Assembly (NCBI GenBank): GCA_963693365.1
Contig: CAVNZM010000007.1
Span: 9,979,962 to 10,043,961, forward strand
Direction: 5' to 3'
Length of the DNA stretch: 64,000 nucleotides
From: Amoebidium appalachense
Lineage: Eukaryota; Protista; Ichthyosporea
Made by a program: the position numbers and the translations under genes. The notes beneath the pieces were generated by a model, which worked only from the letters and a program-made list of their open reading frames with translations, did no database searches and was not told the origin of the DNA. Position 1 is the first letter of the stretch. Every line of letters starts with the position of its first letter. Positions 1 through 34,041 of this stretch are shown in pieces.

Positions 1-272
1 TAAATTGTGGGCCTGTTTATAGGTCCTTGTATATAGTGTGATGTGATGATTAGGACGATTTAAGTAGCTTGAGTCGTATGAATATTCTGAAGAATGTGTC
101 TCAAAGTAGAGTGCTGGCTACGTTTCCAGTGTATCTTTCAGCCATTCCCATGACCAGTCGGCATGATAAATTTATTCGGTAAATAAAGGGTTAAATTAAC
201 ATGACCCCTCTGCTTTAAAATGCAATACGCATTTTCTACAAGTTTATATTTCCCAAATTAATGCGCAGGGCT

Positions 273-314
<42 letters not shown>

Positions 315-363
315 CACCACCACAACGCGCGGAGAATGGGCTCTGTTTATTACGCCGCTGAGT

Positions 364-461
364 TTTTGTTTGACTTTCGCTCTACATTGTGTGTTGTCCG
401 TTATGATTGTGTTTTTGTTTGACTTTCGCTCTACATTGTGTGTTGTCCGTTATGATTGTGT
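364..461. repeat. ~49-bp tandem duplication
   Basis: TTTTGTTTGACTTTCGCTCTACATTGTGTGTTGTCCGTTATGATTGTGT twice. Confidence 0.9.
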
Positions 462-1079
462 ACTTCGTACTCTGGACACATTCGAAATACTCCCCCCCCC
501 CCCCCCCCCCCCACCCCACCCGGACCCACCCTTCCCAGGCTCCCCCTCCCCCCCCCCTCCCCCCCCCCCCCCCCTCCCCCCCTATTTCCCTTTCAGACTG
601 TTTGTGGAAATTCAGGAAAAGTCAGATATTACAACTTAGTGGTATAACTTGTAGATAGCCGTGTACAGGTGGTGTTGCAGTGCGCAAATCGGAATTGCGC
701 TGCGTTACAGTGTGTGTTACATATACGTAAGTGATATAAAGTAGCTACCAGGAAGAGGTCACATCCGCTATGTTTGCACTAATATGATATAAGGGCACAC
801 TAAGTGCACGATGGCAGTTCTGCCAGTGGAAAAGACTGGGGAATATGTCATTAGCCCTCTTGTTTCCATTTTTTGGATAGATGTGCCACTAGATCTAGAT
901 TTACGCTGGGTGTATCTGCATTGTAAGCCCACTATACATAGCTAAATAAAATCTAGACAATTCCAAATTGCTGGTGTGCACGTGTTCGCACTCACGCTCG
1001 TGTGTGTGTGTGTGTGTGTGTACAGTATGTGTGTGTGTGTGTGTGTGTGTGTGTCACGTGTGTTTGTCTGTATTGTGTG

Positions 1080-1147
<68 letters not shown>

Positions 1148-2106
1148 GGGAGGGATGCGGATGAGGGGGGAGGGGGAGAGGGGGGGGGGGGGGGGGGCTG
1201 CAATATTTCATCATTAAACTCTGTGCACGTGTCACGAAAGTTTTGTGCTCAGACACAGTTAATACAGGATAGATCTTCCCTCCGTATGCTCACGCCTTCC
1301 TTTTCTTTCTTTCTTTCTTCTTCTCTTTTCACCTTATTTTCTTCTCCTTTTTTGTTCTTTTTTTGATCATTTTTGGTGGTGGTGGTGACCCATGGCCCAG
1401 TCGCGGTTTTCAGTTTTGGGTGGGTGGGTGAGTGTTGAAGGGGGGAGGGGGGGGAGAACCATACCATGGAGTCAAACATGGAGGATGGGGAGACGGCGGT
1501 TAGGGAGTGGTCGGTGGGGTATTGGGGCTTTGGGGGGGGATGGGGTGGGTGGGTGGGTGGGGGGTGCACGTGGGGGGCCGGGGGCAGGGCAGTGGGTGTG
1601 GGTGTGTGTGGGTGTTTGGGGTTGGTGTTTTGGGGGGCGGGGGGGGAAGGGGGGGTTTCGTCTTACATATTGGCTAATCTTGGGCAGGAAACACTCAACA
1701 TTTATTCAGTGACGGGTGCCACGTATGCACATTACACAAAGATATCATAATGGGGACATGTCATATCACACTGTTGAATCGCAACATGACCGCAAGCACT
1801 CGGAGTCTCGGACACAAAACAACACACTTACATGATTATCACTGCTTCACAAAGACTAATTCGTAACCATATGACGCAATAGTGTGTAGCAATGGAACAA
1901 AATCACTTTGGAGAAGTGTATCACTGCCCCCTTCTCACTCAGACTGATGGAGATAAAATTCTGCAAAACACACGTAGAGAGCAGAGTGACATTCCTCAAG
2001 CCTTCGAAACAGGTTTTTGTGTATAAACAAATCCCTCCCACCCCACCCCTCAGAACAACAAAAAAGAAAAAGGAAGAAAAAAAGAAAACATTAATAACAC
2101 CACACA

Positions 2107-2162
<56 letters not shown>

Positions 2163-2875
2163 TTGGGCAGACCCCTTGTTACTACTAACCGCGGCCATGG
2201 GGGGAAATTCCTTGACTTTATTACGCCGTAGAGCTAAAGGGGCCAGCTCGATCCACACCAACTGAAATTCAAGTAGCGAGAGGCCATATTTATTAAAGCG
2301 TGAAAAAAACAATCACCCTTGGAATATTTAGTTGAATGGGTGTAGTCCATAACCCATTATGAAGCGTGAATAACCTTACAGTTAAAGTGTTTCTTGGCCC
2401 TATCCACAGAATAGGATACCATATCAGAAAATAGTTCACTAAAGCAGACCTAGAGACAGCAATACCATGGAATACTGACAATCATCTTATCCTCAAGCTA
2501 GACCCGACCCCCCCGGGGGGGGGGGGGGGGGGGGGGGGGGAGGGGAGAGCTGCGTGACTTCAGCCACGGAGTGGTACAACACTGCAAAGTTAGAATAAAA
2601 TGCACACATATCAATATCTGCACACTAGTGTCTAACTGCAGTCTCTGCCCGGATATAGCCCCGTCGCCTGCACAGAAAAGAACCGCTGGCAGACCACAGA
2701 CGAAGGGAAAAATCCAGACCGATGTCTTTTGTACGGCTCGGGTGACATGCACAGCTGAACACTAAAACGGATCTATGCACTTGCCCTAAGGTGCCTGACC
2801 GGTGCAGTGCACGAAGAGCATAATCATTTTTTTGCAGATGGGTGCAAAAGGTGCGCGGGTGGACGGTGGTAGTGT

Positions 2876-2945
<70 letters not shown>

Positions 2946-3292
2946 GGGGGGTTTGCACCTGAAAAGCAGGCTGTAATAGTTAAGGAGAGGCCTCTAATAA
3001 TGTTGGCTATTATAATCGTAGCCGGCACAGAAAGCTACCGTCCCAAACATGACTTGAAAATGCAAGAGGCCAGTGCAAAGGAGTCGAGGAGGGATGGGGG
3101 GGGAAGGGAGAAGGGTATTTGTGTGTGTGTGGGGGGGAGGGGGGGGGGGAGGCAGGGGGGGGGGGGGGTGGAGGCGGGGAAGGACATTAAGAACCTGGGA
3201 GGGGGGCTGGGGGAGGGCAGGGAGAGGGAGCGACTCTTGGGGCGGGGGGAGGGAGGGGGGGGAGCGAGAGTGAGCGTGAGCGAGAGCAAGAG

Positions 3293-3492
3293 AGAGAAAG
3301 AGAGAGAGAGAGAGGGAGGGAAGGAGGGAGGGAGGTAGGGAGGGAGGGAGGGAGGTAGGGAGGGAAGGAGGGAGTGAGGGAGAGAGGGAGGGAGGGGTGG
3401 GAGGGAGGGAGGGAGGGAGGGAGGGAGGGAGGGAGGGAGGGAGGGAGGGAGGGAGGGAGGGAGGGAGGGAGGGAGGGAGGGAGGGAGGGAGG

Positions 3493-3552
<60 letters not shown>
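3293..3552. repeat. (GGGA)n plus (GA)n polypurine tract
   Basis: Directly visible. Confidence 0.95.
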
Positions 3553-3554
<2 letters not shown>

Positions 3555-5153
3555 AGATCCTGAACAGACACAGACAGCCAGGGAGGAGGTGGAGTTGTGG
3601 CTTTATTGATGGGCGGAAGAGGGGAGGGAGGGGGACGGGCGGAGCGGGATGGGGGCGGGGAGGTACTTACATGGATGAATTCCCAACACTTCTGCTTGAT
3701 CTAATCAGCACAGTGCGCGCGGGCTCCCATACAAACAGGCCGGGCTCTGTTCAGTGGCTTCAACTAAACTTCACTACTGATATCCTTCTACTCGGGCAAA
3801 AAATAGGTGGGCGAAACACTAGCAGGCTTAAGGTTCCACATCTTTTCCCAAGGCTTCGCCACATGATGCTATGTTATGACGGAGATCCCAGACAAATAAG
3901 TTTTCTCACTTGGATCTATCTCCATGAGTCCCTGTACGCCTTGTGCACGCCTCGTGGAGCCATTCTCCACTTAGCTACTCAGCCAGTCTTCGGCCGCATA
4001 CCATCACTACATATGTGAAGTCACGATTTAAGTGGTCGAGATGGCATGGAACTAAAGCGGACAAGCGGCCTAACCGTTGCATACGACCCGACACTTGTCC
4101 GCTCTGGTCTATGAAAGACTTTTCATGATCATGACCGTCCTGGGGAAGCCTGAGCTAGAGCTATAAATAGATCGATCGTTACAGCTTTCAATCAATCAAA
4201 GCCATGGACCTTGCACAGCATAGCCATATTTGGACAAAACCGCCAAGGCGCGAGAATCAAAAAGGTCCAGGATACCTTGTGGTCAGCGGCTGCAATCAAG
4301 CTATCAAAGGGAACTTATAAATTTCGTTCACTTTTGGGCCTGCATTTTCTTGGTCGTGAAAGGTTAGCTAGCTGAGTCTTACTAATATGTGCTCTTGTTA
4401 ATGATAATATGCACAAGAAAGAGTAGATATAACTAGTTTTGTTCGGTAACTGCACCCATCGTAACTCTAAGACTTGGAAATTGATCTTTCGTGGCCCTAC
4501 CACTGCCGTGGTTCAGAAGTTGGTAACGAGCACATGTATCCACATCACCCAATCCTCCAAATGCGTATAATGTTTTCATGGAAGCTACACGCTGCTTGAT
4601 GATACTTTCTTCGTTCATTATAGTGCAATCTACAGACAAATACACCAGCCCTGCAGCAGTGTCAGAATTCGCTGTGCTCAATACCTGAGCTGTCAAGCAA
4701 AATTGCGGATTTATTCCACAAAGCCATATCAAGTCCTTGTTTAATATATGGAGCTTGCTTTCTTAGCAGATGTCCAAATCATCAACGGCTTGACAGGGGC
4801 TGAACCGTCGGTGAACTCTTGAGCTGTGCAGACCTGGCTTTGAAGGTATGCTGTATTCTAGCAAGTGGCAGTTTGATTCATCAAAAACTCCTGTTGATAC
4901 AGGATCCTTCTTAATGTAGCCATTTGGTTCCTTTGGAGCACCACGTCAAATTTCTACGATCCCAAACGTGGAAACTGTCATGAATCGCATTTGGTTGCAT
5001 CAATTGCTAGGCTCTCAGAACTTTATACTGCACAACGCAATGGAACAACGCAAAATCTCAGAATCTTTCACTCTCCAGGCCAGTTCCCGGTTCTACTGAC
5101 CTGGTTACCTTCCTTGTACGAATTAGCGAGACACTTACTCCACTTCCTACAGG

Positions 5154-12777
<7,624 letters not shown>

Positions 12778-13384
12778 ACATTGAAAAAAAACGCGCGCTT
12801 TATGGACGCATTTCGTGTCTTCAGATGTTGTTTGAGCAGAGCACACACTATCAGACACAGTACTAGCATTTGCTTGTCCCTTCGTTATTTTGTGTTTGTG
12901 TGATGTGTTGGCTTAGAAGCATCTGTTTTTTCTCGTTAGGAGATCATTTGTCTGTTCCCGTTTTTGTCTATCTCATCTTCACTTTCTACTTTCCCTAAGT
13001 TGCGTGGTACATACGCTTGGGCTTTCATGCGGCACACAGCAAATTTGAGGTAGCCACACCAAATGATTCATATGCCCAGTCGAACCTTCTTAGTTTTTCC
13101 CAATAGAACTCAAAATTATGTATTCACCACCAGATGGCAAAAAAAAAAATTAATACCAACCGATACACTGCTTAGCGTAGTGTATGATAGCAGGATGTTT
13201 TCACCTTGTTTCTTTGTTGTATGGCTAGAGGTATATCCGTTTAACGGCATCCAAACAAACTGCGAACTGGCAGTGCACCAAAGTATTAACTGCAGTCACA
13301 TAGATTTGAGAATTCTGCTCACACCTGAAGGGCTACAGCAGCACTCATGCCATATGGCGGTATATAATGTTGCAATAAATACTA

Positions 13385-13470
13385 TCAAATAAGGCCATCT
13401 GAATGGTATTCCTGTGGAGTGACTACTGTATGTAATCAAAACTGCCTCCCTCCCCCTCCCCCTTCCGGCC

Positions 13471-13521
<51 letters not shown>

Positions 13522-14032
13522 TTCCCCCCCCCCTCTCCCCTCCCACCCCCTCCCTCCACAAAAAAAAAGGGGGAGGGGGAGGGGGGGCGTCGAGGGGCGG
13601 GGGATGCATAGGAGCAACTTTGTACATTTACCCCCGAGCCCAAAAACCCAGGCAGATGAACGTCCGGGTCGACCGGCCGCGGGGCCTGGCTTGGGCCTGG
13701 CACCAACATCAGCATTGATGACGGTGCCCTCTCGAAGGGACACGAGAGTCTCACGATCAGCCCGATTTATATACCAGACCTTTCTTATAGGTAAGCCAAT
13801 CAAAAGCTGCTAAATGGGTCACTCATGTCCCCCAATACCTCAGACCAAATTGCGTTTACATGTTATCTTGCATATAATAAATAATTTTACTAGTGTTGAC
13901 TGAACCAAGTTGAGAGGACTGTAAAACGATACATGCGCCAGAGCATAGTGTTTTTTGTAAAGAGAAAGATAATCTTCAGATTGAAACCCAAATTTGGTCT
14001 CTATTCTATCTTCCAATCGCTTGAAAGTCATC
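13385..14032 (-). CDS. Tentative small spliced gene of unknown function, head-to-head with the TauE gene
   Basis: Minus-strand segments 14032-13933, 13806-13632 and 13425-13385 have CAG/GT boundaries and join in frame: MTFKRLEDRIETKFGFQSEDYLSLYKKHYALAH|LLIGLPIRKVWYINRADRETLVSLREGTVINADVG...|VVTPQEYHSDGLI*. No family recognised with confidence. Confidence 0.35.
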
Positions 14033-14486
14033 CTGCAAGCATGCTCAAAAATTAGATTTAGACAGAATATCCATCTTGCCAGGCTAGATTTCACCAATCA
14101 AACTGTCCAATGCATTCCAGCCAATCATCAACCGGGGCCCAAAATCTTCAAAGCAGAGAACGCGTACGTTGAAAGAGTGCAAGAGAAAAAAAGACAGACA
14201 GTTCGTTAAATTCAGGCAGGTGGATAGAGTAGGGTCTTAAATTGCATGGGGCCATGTTGTAGTTAGGTCTACAAACACCATCTTTTTTTTGTGCAGTTGG
14301 TGAGAAAGGTTGGAGAATATTCGGTGAATTTGCACCTTTGTCTCATCCGCGCGCCTGCAACTCAATGTACCTAAACCCTTTTGGGGGTTTACGCTGTTTA
14401 CTCGAGGCAAAGAAACCCTTTTCGTCAATCCTAGAATCTCATAAGCAACACCCTGTGACCAGTGTAAATCCAGCGAACACGCGAAA

Positions 14487-15467
14487 ATGCTAAAGAGGTT
14501 TCTGTGGGCGGCGGCGGCAATCTGCCTAATGCATAGAGCGGCTGGGTTGCGAAAGGTGAGAACTTGCCTGCACGAGTGCTTATTTTGTGGCGTCCTGTAG
14601 TATGCGCATGCATCCATGGACAAATTTGGTGTGCGGGGTAGTTTCTCAACATGGTTCCAGTTGTGTGCTCCTCGTGGGAAAATTTATATGCGCGTACTAG
14701 TACTTAGCTGTAATTTTTCCTGTCATGCATACACGTGAACTTGCCGGTGTAGCTTGACCTGTGCCGCCTGTGCTCGCGGCCCCATGCTGTCTGCTGGGGT
14801 TCAAAAGTGGTCAAGCGCATGTGCTGGATTCAACTGTCAGCAATGCAATGCATAATGTGTTGTGTAGAATACGCGTGGCACTGAGACGTGCGCAGGCTGG
14901 CCTCAGGCGTTTTTTTGAACGCATAAGCCTTGAAGGTTTGCACACGTATTAGAAAGAACAGTTGCAGATCTTTGATTTGGGCGGTGATTGGTGAAGATCT
15001 GGTTTCCTCCCCCCGCCCCAACCCCCTCCCTCCCCTTTCCCGCTCCCCCCTCCTCTCTTCAACGCCCTTCATCCCCCATTCCCTCCTTTCCCTCCAACGT
15101 CTTACCCGATTAATCGGAAAGGAAGACCCACATAAATATGAACCCATGCGTCTATGCAAGCACACACACTATACCCTCACACACACAAGGCCGCCCGCCT
15201 GCGCGCGCACACACACGCACGCACGCACACGGGCACGCTCTCACGCACGCGCTCACACAAAGACACACACACACACACACACACACACGTGTGTACCCAC
15301 ACACACACACACACACACACATACACAAAAAGAGAGAAAGATGGGGGGGGGAAGAGAGAGGGGGGGGGGGGGGAGGGGTAGGGGGGTAGAGAGAGAGAGG
15401 GAGAAGGAGAGAGAGAGGGGGGGGGGGGGGGTGAGAGAACACACACGCAATACCTGTGCTCAAAACA

Positions 15468-15515
<48 letters not shown>

Positions 15516-15660
15516 TGCACGCACACATACACATACACACACGCACACACACACACACACACAGGCACGCACACGCAGCACACACATACCCACATACACA
15601 CGCACACATGCATACACACGATCACACACACTCTCACACTCACCCCCTCCCCCCCCCCCC

Positions 15661-15691
<31 letters not shown>

Positions 15692-16294
15692 GGGGAGAGA
15701 AAGAGAGGGAGAGACTCAGGGAACAAGACCTGCATAAACACACATTCTGCTGCCTACAGGCACTTGTCTTTATATGTACTATCACAAATACCAGGACGGT
15801 AATATGCCCATCGACCTAAGTCTTAGACCAAGTCACCTTCTTTCTCGGTTGTCGTCGTGTGTACACTAACACTACCTCCCCCCAACCCCCCTCCCACCCC
15901 TACCCCTACCTGTGCCCCTTTCCCCAAACACCACCACGATCACACACACAAACAGCACTGCATGCACGCTCTGTACACATACACATACCCGTGTGCAGAC
16001 TCACATACACAAAAAACAAGGACATCGGTTGCCTTATTGCACACACGTTCACGCCGGCATGCACACACCGACACACAAGCACACACACATGCACACACAT
16101 ACACATGCACACACTTTCACAAACCTGCATCTACGCGTACCCACGGCATACCCTCTCTCCCAATACACCCACCCACACAGTGCTATTCCAATATCACGGA
16201 CGAAATAATGGATGAGGGGACTTTCTCTCCTGCTGTAGGTGTGTTTCTTTTTGCTCTCCTTCACTCTCTCTCTCTCTTCCTCTCTCTCTCTCTC

Positions 16295-16339
<45 letters not shown>

Positions 16340-17223
16340 TGCACGGGTGCCCCAATACCCTGATGGTGTTGCTGTTGCAAATTCGTCCTCGTTTGATCAT
16401 CTCATTATACTGCAAGCAGGCAATTTTTTGGCCGGACCTTTTCTCTGTTTTTGACTGCTTTTCGTGTTTCCTCTCTTTTCCCTTCCTCCTCTTTCTGAAT
16501 TGGTTCAAACTATTCTTTAAGCTGCCAACGTGCCAGAAAGGTTGACTATATAGGCAACAATCTACATGGACCTGATATGTCTTTTACTGGGCACTGTGCC
16601 ACCCATTCATTTTGCTTTACCGATGGAATAGCACACATCATCTTGTTGCCGAACCTCACCTCCACCCATACAGCAAACATCACTGATCCGGCGTTATTTT
16701 CCAACCGTACAATGGACCCCAGGTCTTAACCCCCCCCCCCCCCCCCCCCCTTCCCCCTCCCTCCCCCCCCCCCCTCCCCTGCCTCCTCCCCCTCCCCCCT
16801 CCCTCCCCGCCACCAACACCCCCCCGATGGATGACATAGGCCCCCATGGTGGATGCCCTATATTTTAATATGTATTCTTTGTGTATGCTTTGAATATATG
16901 CATTGTGTTGTTCGTCGTGGATGTGTACCTCACACTCTGTACCGCAATACCCCCCCCCCCTCCCCCCCCCCTTACCCTCGTATTTCCCTTGACACAACCG
17001 CCACTGCCCTTTCTTTTCTTCCGCCACTGTGCGATTGCCCCAACCCCTCTCTTGTCACACACATCCGTGTCTGCATACGGACGGAGCATACACTGCACAC
17101 ACACAAACACACCCATGCACACATGCCCTTATGCTCAATGGACCAAAACTACGCATAGACAAGCATAGACATATGCTCACTCTCCAACCCATCTCACGTC
17201 TGTTTACTCGTGTCACCCTCGTT

Positions 17224-17254
<31 letters not shown>

Positions 17255-17412
17255 CCTCCCCCCCCGGGCCCCTCTCTCACCCCCTTCCCCCCCCCCCCCC
17301 CCCCCCCCTCCTCCTCTCCCTCCTCCTCCCTTCTCCTCCTGTAACCGGTTTTCTTGTTGCTGTTCTTCTTCAACCGATAAGGCACTAATGGTGTGTGCAC
17401 TAGTGCCGATGG
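14487..17412 (+). CDS. Tentative 5' exons of the TauE/SafE gene (signal-peptide-like start)
   Basis: ATG 14487 gives MLKRFLWAAAAICLMHRAAGLRK followed by a good donor (AAG|gtgaga, 14556). Candidate exons 16181-16238 (CYSNITDEIMDEGTFSPAV) and 17382-17412 (GTNGVCTSADG). The junction to 17917 is not cleanly resolved. Confidence 0.4.
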
Positions 17413-17831
17413 GGTTTTCCCTCCGGTTTTCTCTCTTTTTTCCTCTTCTTTCCCCCCCCCCTTTCTTCTTCTTCTTTTTCCTTTTCTTCTTTTTCTTATA
17501 AAAGAAGAATGGTGTTTTTTTTGTTTTTTTTTTTGGGAAGGGGGGGGGGAGGGTGAGAGGGGGGAGGTATCGACAGAGCAAGGGGCAAGGGAAGCGTGAT
17601 GTATATTTTTATTGAGGGTTTAAAAGTAAGGTGTTTGTCTTTGTACGGTTCCAGAAAAGATGAGGATTGCCCTCCTGTCCGATAATTATTATGTTCTCCT
17701 ACCGAACACCTTTATTTTTTAATCACGTTGATGGTGCCGACTGACCAATATTCTAGACGTGGATGCTTGCACACACAAGCACCCATCCATACACACACAT
17801 ACACACACATGTGCGCGCCCACGCACGCACG

Positions 17832-17878
<47 letters not shown>

Positions 17879-17916
17879 AGACAATAAAACTACAAACTGA
17901 TGTGCCTTCACCCCAG

Positions 17917-30613
<12,697 letters not shown>

Positions 30614-30685
30614 CTCCACTCTGGAGCCTATACACTATCCTCCCCAGCTCCCTCTCTTCCCCGCCACCGCCACCACCCATCCACC

Positions 30686-30806
<121 letters not shown>

Positions 30807-32491
30807 ACAGACACACACACACACACACACACACACACCACACACACACACCCTCCTGCTATTGCGACATACTGCACCACATGCTACATCCTTTCTCACA
30901 CATCACGAAACCGATTGCCGCACAGGAAAACAAGACACCTTTTGGCTCACTCAGGTGCACATGAAGCACACACCAACTCTCACTCAGTCAACCACCCCAC
31001 CTTGTGTGACGCGGGCACACCTGTAAGTTTGCATGAATGTACCAAGACGATCCACGTTAGGCCGGAAGCACACAAAACGGTCATGTAGTTTTTGCTATCT
31101 TATCCTGCATGGTTTTCTTCCTTATAAACCCCGTGAATGAATGTCAATAGTTCCTTAAAATTGTTGCCAGTTTTGAAAACTAGCTATAGGCTAGGCTGTA
31201 CCCGGCTGCCTTTAAATATGGGTCTTGTTTCTGTGTTTGGAGTGGTATGTGTGCTCGTCGTTCTTGCAAGTATGTGTGTACAATTCCGTAGCCAGCATAT
31301 CCCTAACTTGCACCACAATAAGTGAGTCGTGCAATGTAGGTGTATATATCTAGGCGCCGAGCTGCGGCAGTAGTGATATTCATATAATGAATGGTTAAAG
31401 GAGTACCGTGACGGTGGTAGCACTGGTTGGCCAAGGAACCACTCTGGCACGTAAGTTGTTATCAAAATCACTTGCACATGCATATGTCACCCATTATGTA
31501 TGTATGACAAATATGTAATGCCCGGGAGGGGCCCTTACATGCGTCGTTAGACTGCACGTAAGTTGTGTATTAATATCAATATCTTAGCAACGGCACCGAT
31601 GTTTTGGCCGACAAAGCCGATGCAGAGTGCGGTGTGGTAAGCAAGCCACATTTACCCCCCGGCAGTACTTCGTGAAGTTACGGCGGTGTTCTGGAACGAC
31701 CCTTCCTTCTCAGACTCAATAAACAGACGATTCTCCCTCGAGCTCAGCAAAAGTTCAAAACGTAGACGAAAAAACCAACTGGCTAGTCTATCCACTGTTT
31801 AGCCACTATGGATGGCTGAGTGCATTGTGTCCCGGTGTAATAGCGACCAAGTGCTTGTGTATCTGTGTGCATCCGTGATATTATGTTTGTCCGGATCCTG
31901 CTCTGGGCCAGGCTCAAATTAGGTTTACATGTTTGTGTGTATATGTGGTGATTCAGGGGGGACAAGCGGCTTGAGATGGGTGGGGGGGTGTTTTGAACAT
32001 ATTGCCAATCGATCAACAGAGGATCCGATATGGCCAAATATTAGGTGGGCAAGCAGTCTACGTGGCCCTCGGAATCATGTGAATGGAATCCGTGTAGTTT
32101 CCTTTGTGCCCTGGGCCTGATACGTATGGGTTGCAACATATGCAAATGCATGTCAGTGCATGTCTTTTGGTTTGCAACATATTCGTTCATATGGTTTGCA
32201 TGTCTTTTGTCGTGGTGTTGACTCGGTATGCACTTATAGTCACCATGGTGTGTGTGCAGTAAGGTGGACCTCGTATGGGTGTCTTATATTAACGTAGCGT
32301 GGTAGACGACACGAGGGGACACAACAGGGATGATGATTAAAAGTGTCGTGAACAGGGGAATGCATTTGTTATCGTGAACAGGGGAATGCATTTGTTAAAG
32401 CTGTATGGTGTATGTGGGTGGGTGGCCGGTATGTTTGTGTGTGCGGGTGGGTGGGGAGAGGGAGGGGGGAGAGGAGGGAGGGCAGGGGAGG

Positions 32492-32526
<35 letters not shown>

Positions 32527-32827
32527 AGAAAATGTGGGACTCGTTATTTCATTCAATGGGATACTTCGTATTGAAACAGTGACAGACGTGTAAAAAAAGG
32601 TGTTGAACAGTCTCTTCGCTTGGTATCATATATATATGATGTTGGCCAACTACCTTGCGGTAGAGCAACGAAACGTTGCCCCCTTTAAACATCAATCTGA
32701 ACGTTGTGTACCAAGTTTAACAGTATCTAACGGTCTGATTGGATCATCGCTAATATATAGTTAAAATATCTAATCATTGAGCCATTATTATAATGAATTT
32801 AGGGCACCCAGTGCTCACTACCATATC

Positions 32828-34041
32828 TCACACATCCACGCTACTGCCACGTTCTGCCCCGTGGTGCTTGATCATTTTGCCCATCTCCTCATCGGGTGCC
32901 TGGCCCTCGCCGTCTTCAGCCACTGTTTGCACCTTCATGGCCGTGTTGGCCCCAGTGTCCTTGATGTCGGCCACAGCACTCTCCTCCTCGTCAACAAGGA
33001 ACCGGGCAGGCACATAGTGGAAGGCTGCACCCAGGGGCCCACCGAGCATGGGACCGAAGAAGAAGATCTGTAAAGGGGCAGGGTAAGTGTTTCGGCCCCT
33101 AAAAGGTTGAAACTACTAGTTCCTGGTGTTGGATATAGGCGAGGGTAAGGTTTACACAAGAACTGATATGTGGGAAGTTGTGTGCAATAACGATATCACC
33201 ATGGGGGAAATCTCGGAGATTTTATGCCCACGCAGTGAATAGTGTGTGGGAAGTTGTGTGCAATGACGATCTCACGATGGGGGGGATCTCGGAGTTTTTA
33301 TGCCCACGCAGTGAACAGTGGTAAACTCACCCAGTAGTTGGTCCAGTCTCCAGTGATGAGTGCCGGGCCGAAGCTGCGTGCCGGGTTGATGCCGCAGTTT
33401 GTCACGGGGATGAGCACCAGATGTGCAAGCAGCACGGAGAAGCCAATGGCCAGGGGTGCCATGTATGGAGCACGGCCGTGGGGCTCGTTGGCCTTGGGGT
33501 CGACGGCCATGGCAAACACGGTGTACGTGAGAATGGCCGTGCCAAACACCTCCAGGAAGAAGCCTTGTGCGGTGCTGACGTCACCAGCAAGCGCATTGAG
33601 GGCGAAGTTGCCGTGGCGCTGGTCGGGGTACAGGCCCTTCACCAGTGCTGTGCCGACAGTAGCACCCAGGAACTGAGAAATGATGAAGAGAATGCCCTTG
33701 AAGAAGTTGTGCTTGCCAAAGGTCACAAGGGCGCAGGTCACGGCGGGGTTGAGGTGGCCGCCGCTGGTGGGGCCAGTGTTGTAGACCAGCACGGCAATGG
33801 AGATACCAAACGTGAAGGCGTAGACATACTTGTCGGCCTCGGACACGCGGAAGAAGCTTGGCGCTTGGGAGTTTGTGTTTGCGTTGGAATACATCGTCTG
33901 GTAGCCAGGCATCAGAACCGTGGAAGACACAACGGTACCAATGGTGATGAGTAGGAAAAACATCATGCCGACAAACTCGGCGACCAGCGCGCGCAGAAAG
34001 CGCCGCGACGTAAGGTCGCTGGGAACGCTGAAGTCAACCAT
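32828..34041 (-). CDS. Aquaporin (MIP family), paralog A, 2 exons (34041-33331, 33067-32828), ~316 aa
   Basis: AEF motif in TM1, SGGHLNPAVT and CGINPARSFGP NPA boxes; GTGAGT donor and CAG acceptor join ...NYW|IFFFGPMLGG (TM6). Confidence 0.96.
33169..33320. repeat. ~76-bp tandem duplication in the aquaporin A intron
   Basis: TGTGGGAAGTTGTGTGCAAT...TTTTATGCCCACGCAGTGAAyAGTG occurs twice in tandem. Confidence 0.9.

Noticed and set aside
2499-2774. TAG...CTA-bounded segments ending AACGGATCTA (also near 52978-53086) as Academ-like elements
   Set aside because: Inverted repeats are weak and no TSD is evident.
31394-32688. TTAA-AGG...CCT-TTAA segments as Kolobok elements (also near 55359)
   Set aside because: Left and right ends do not form matching TIRs.
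33421-33954. Long plus-strand ORFs over the aquaporins (also 38273-38893) and over the Cys-rich gene (62986-63567)
   Set aside because: Antisense shadows of GC3-rich coding sequence.
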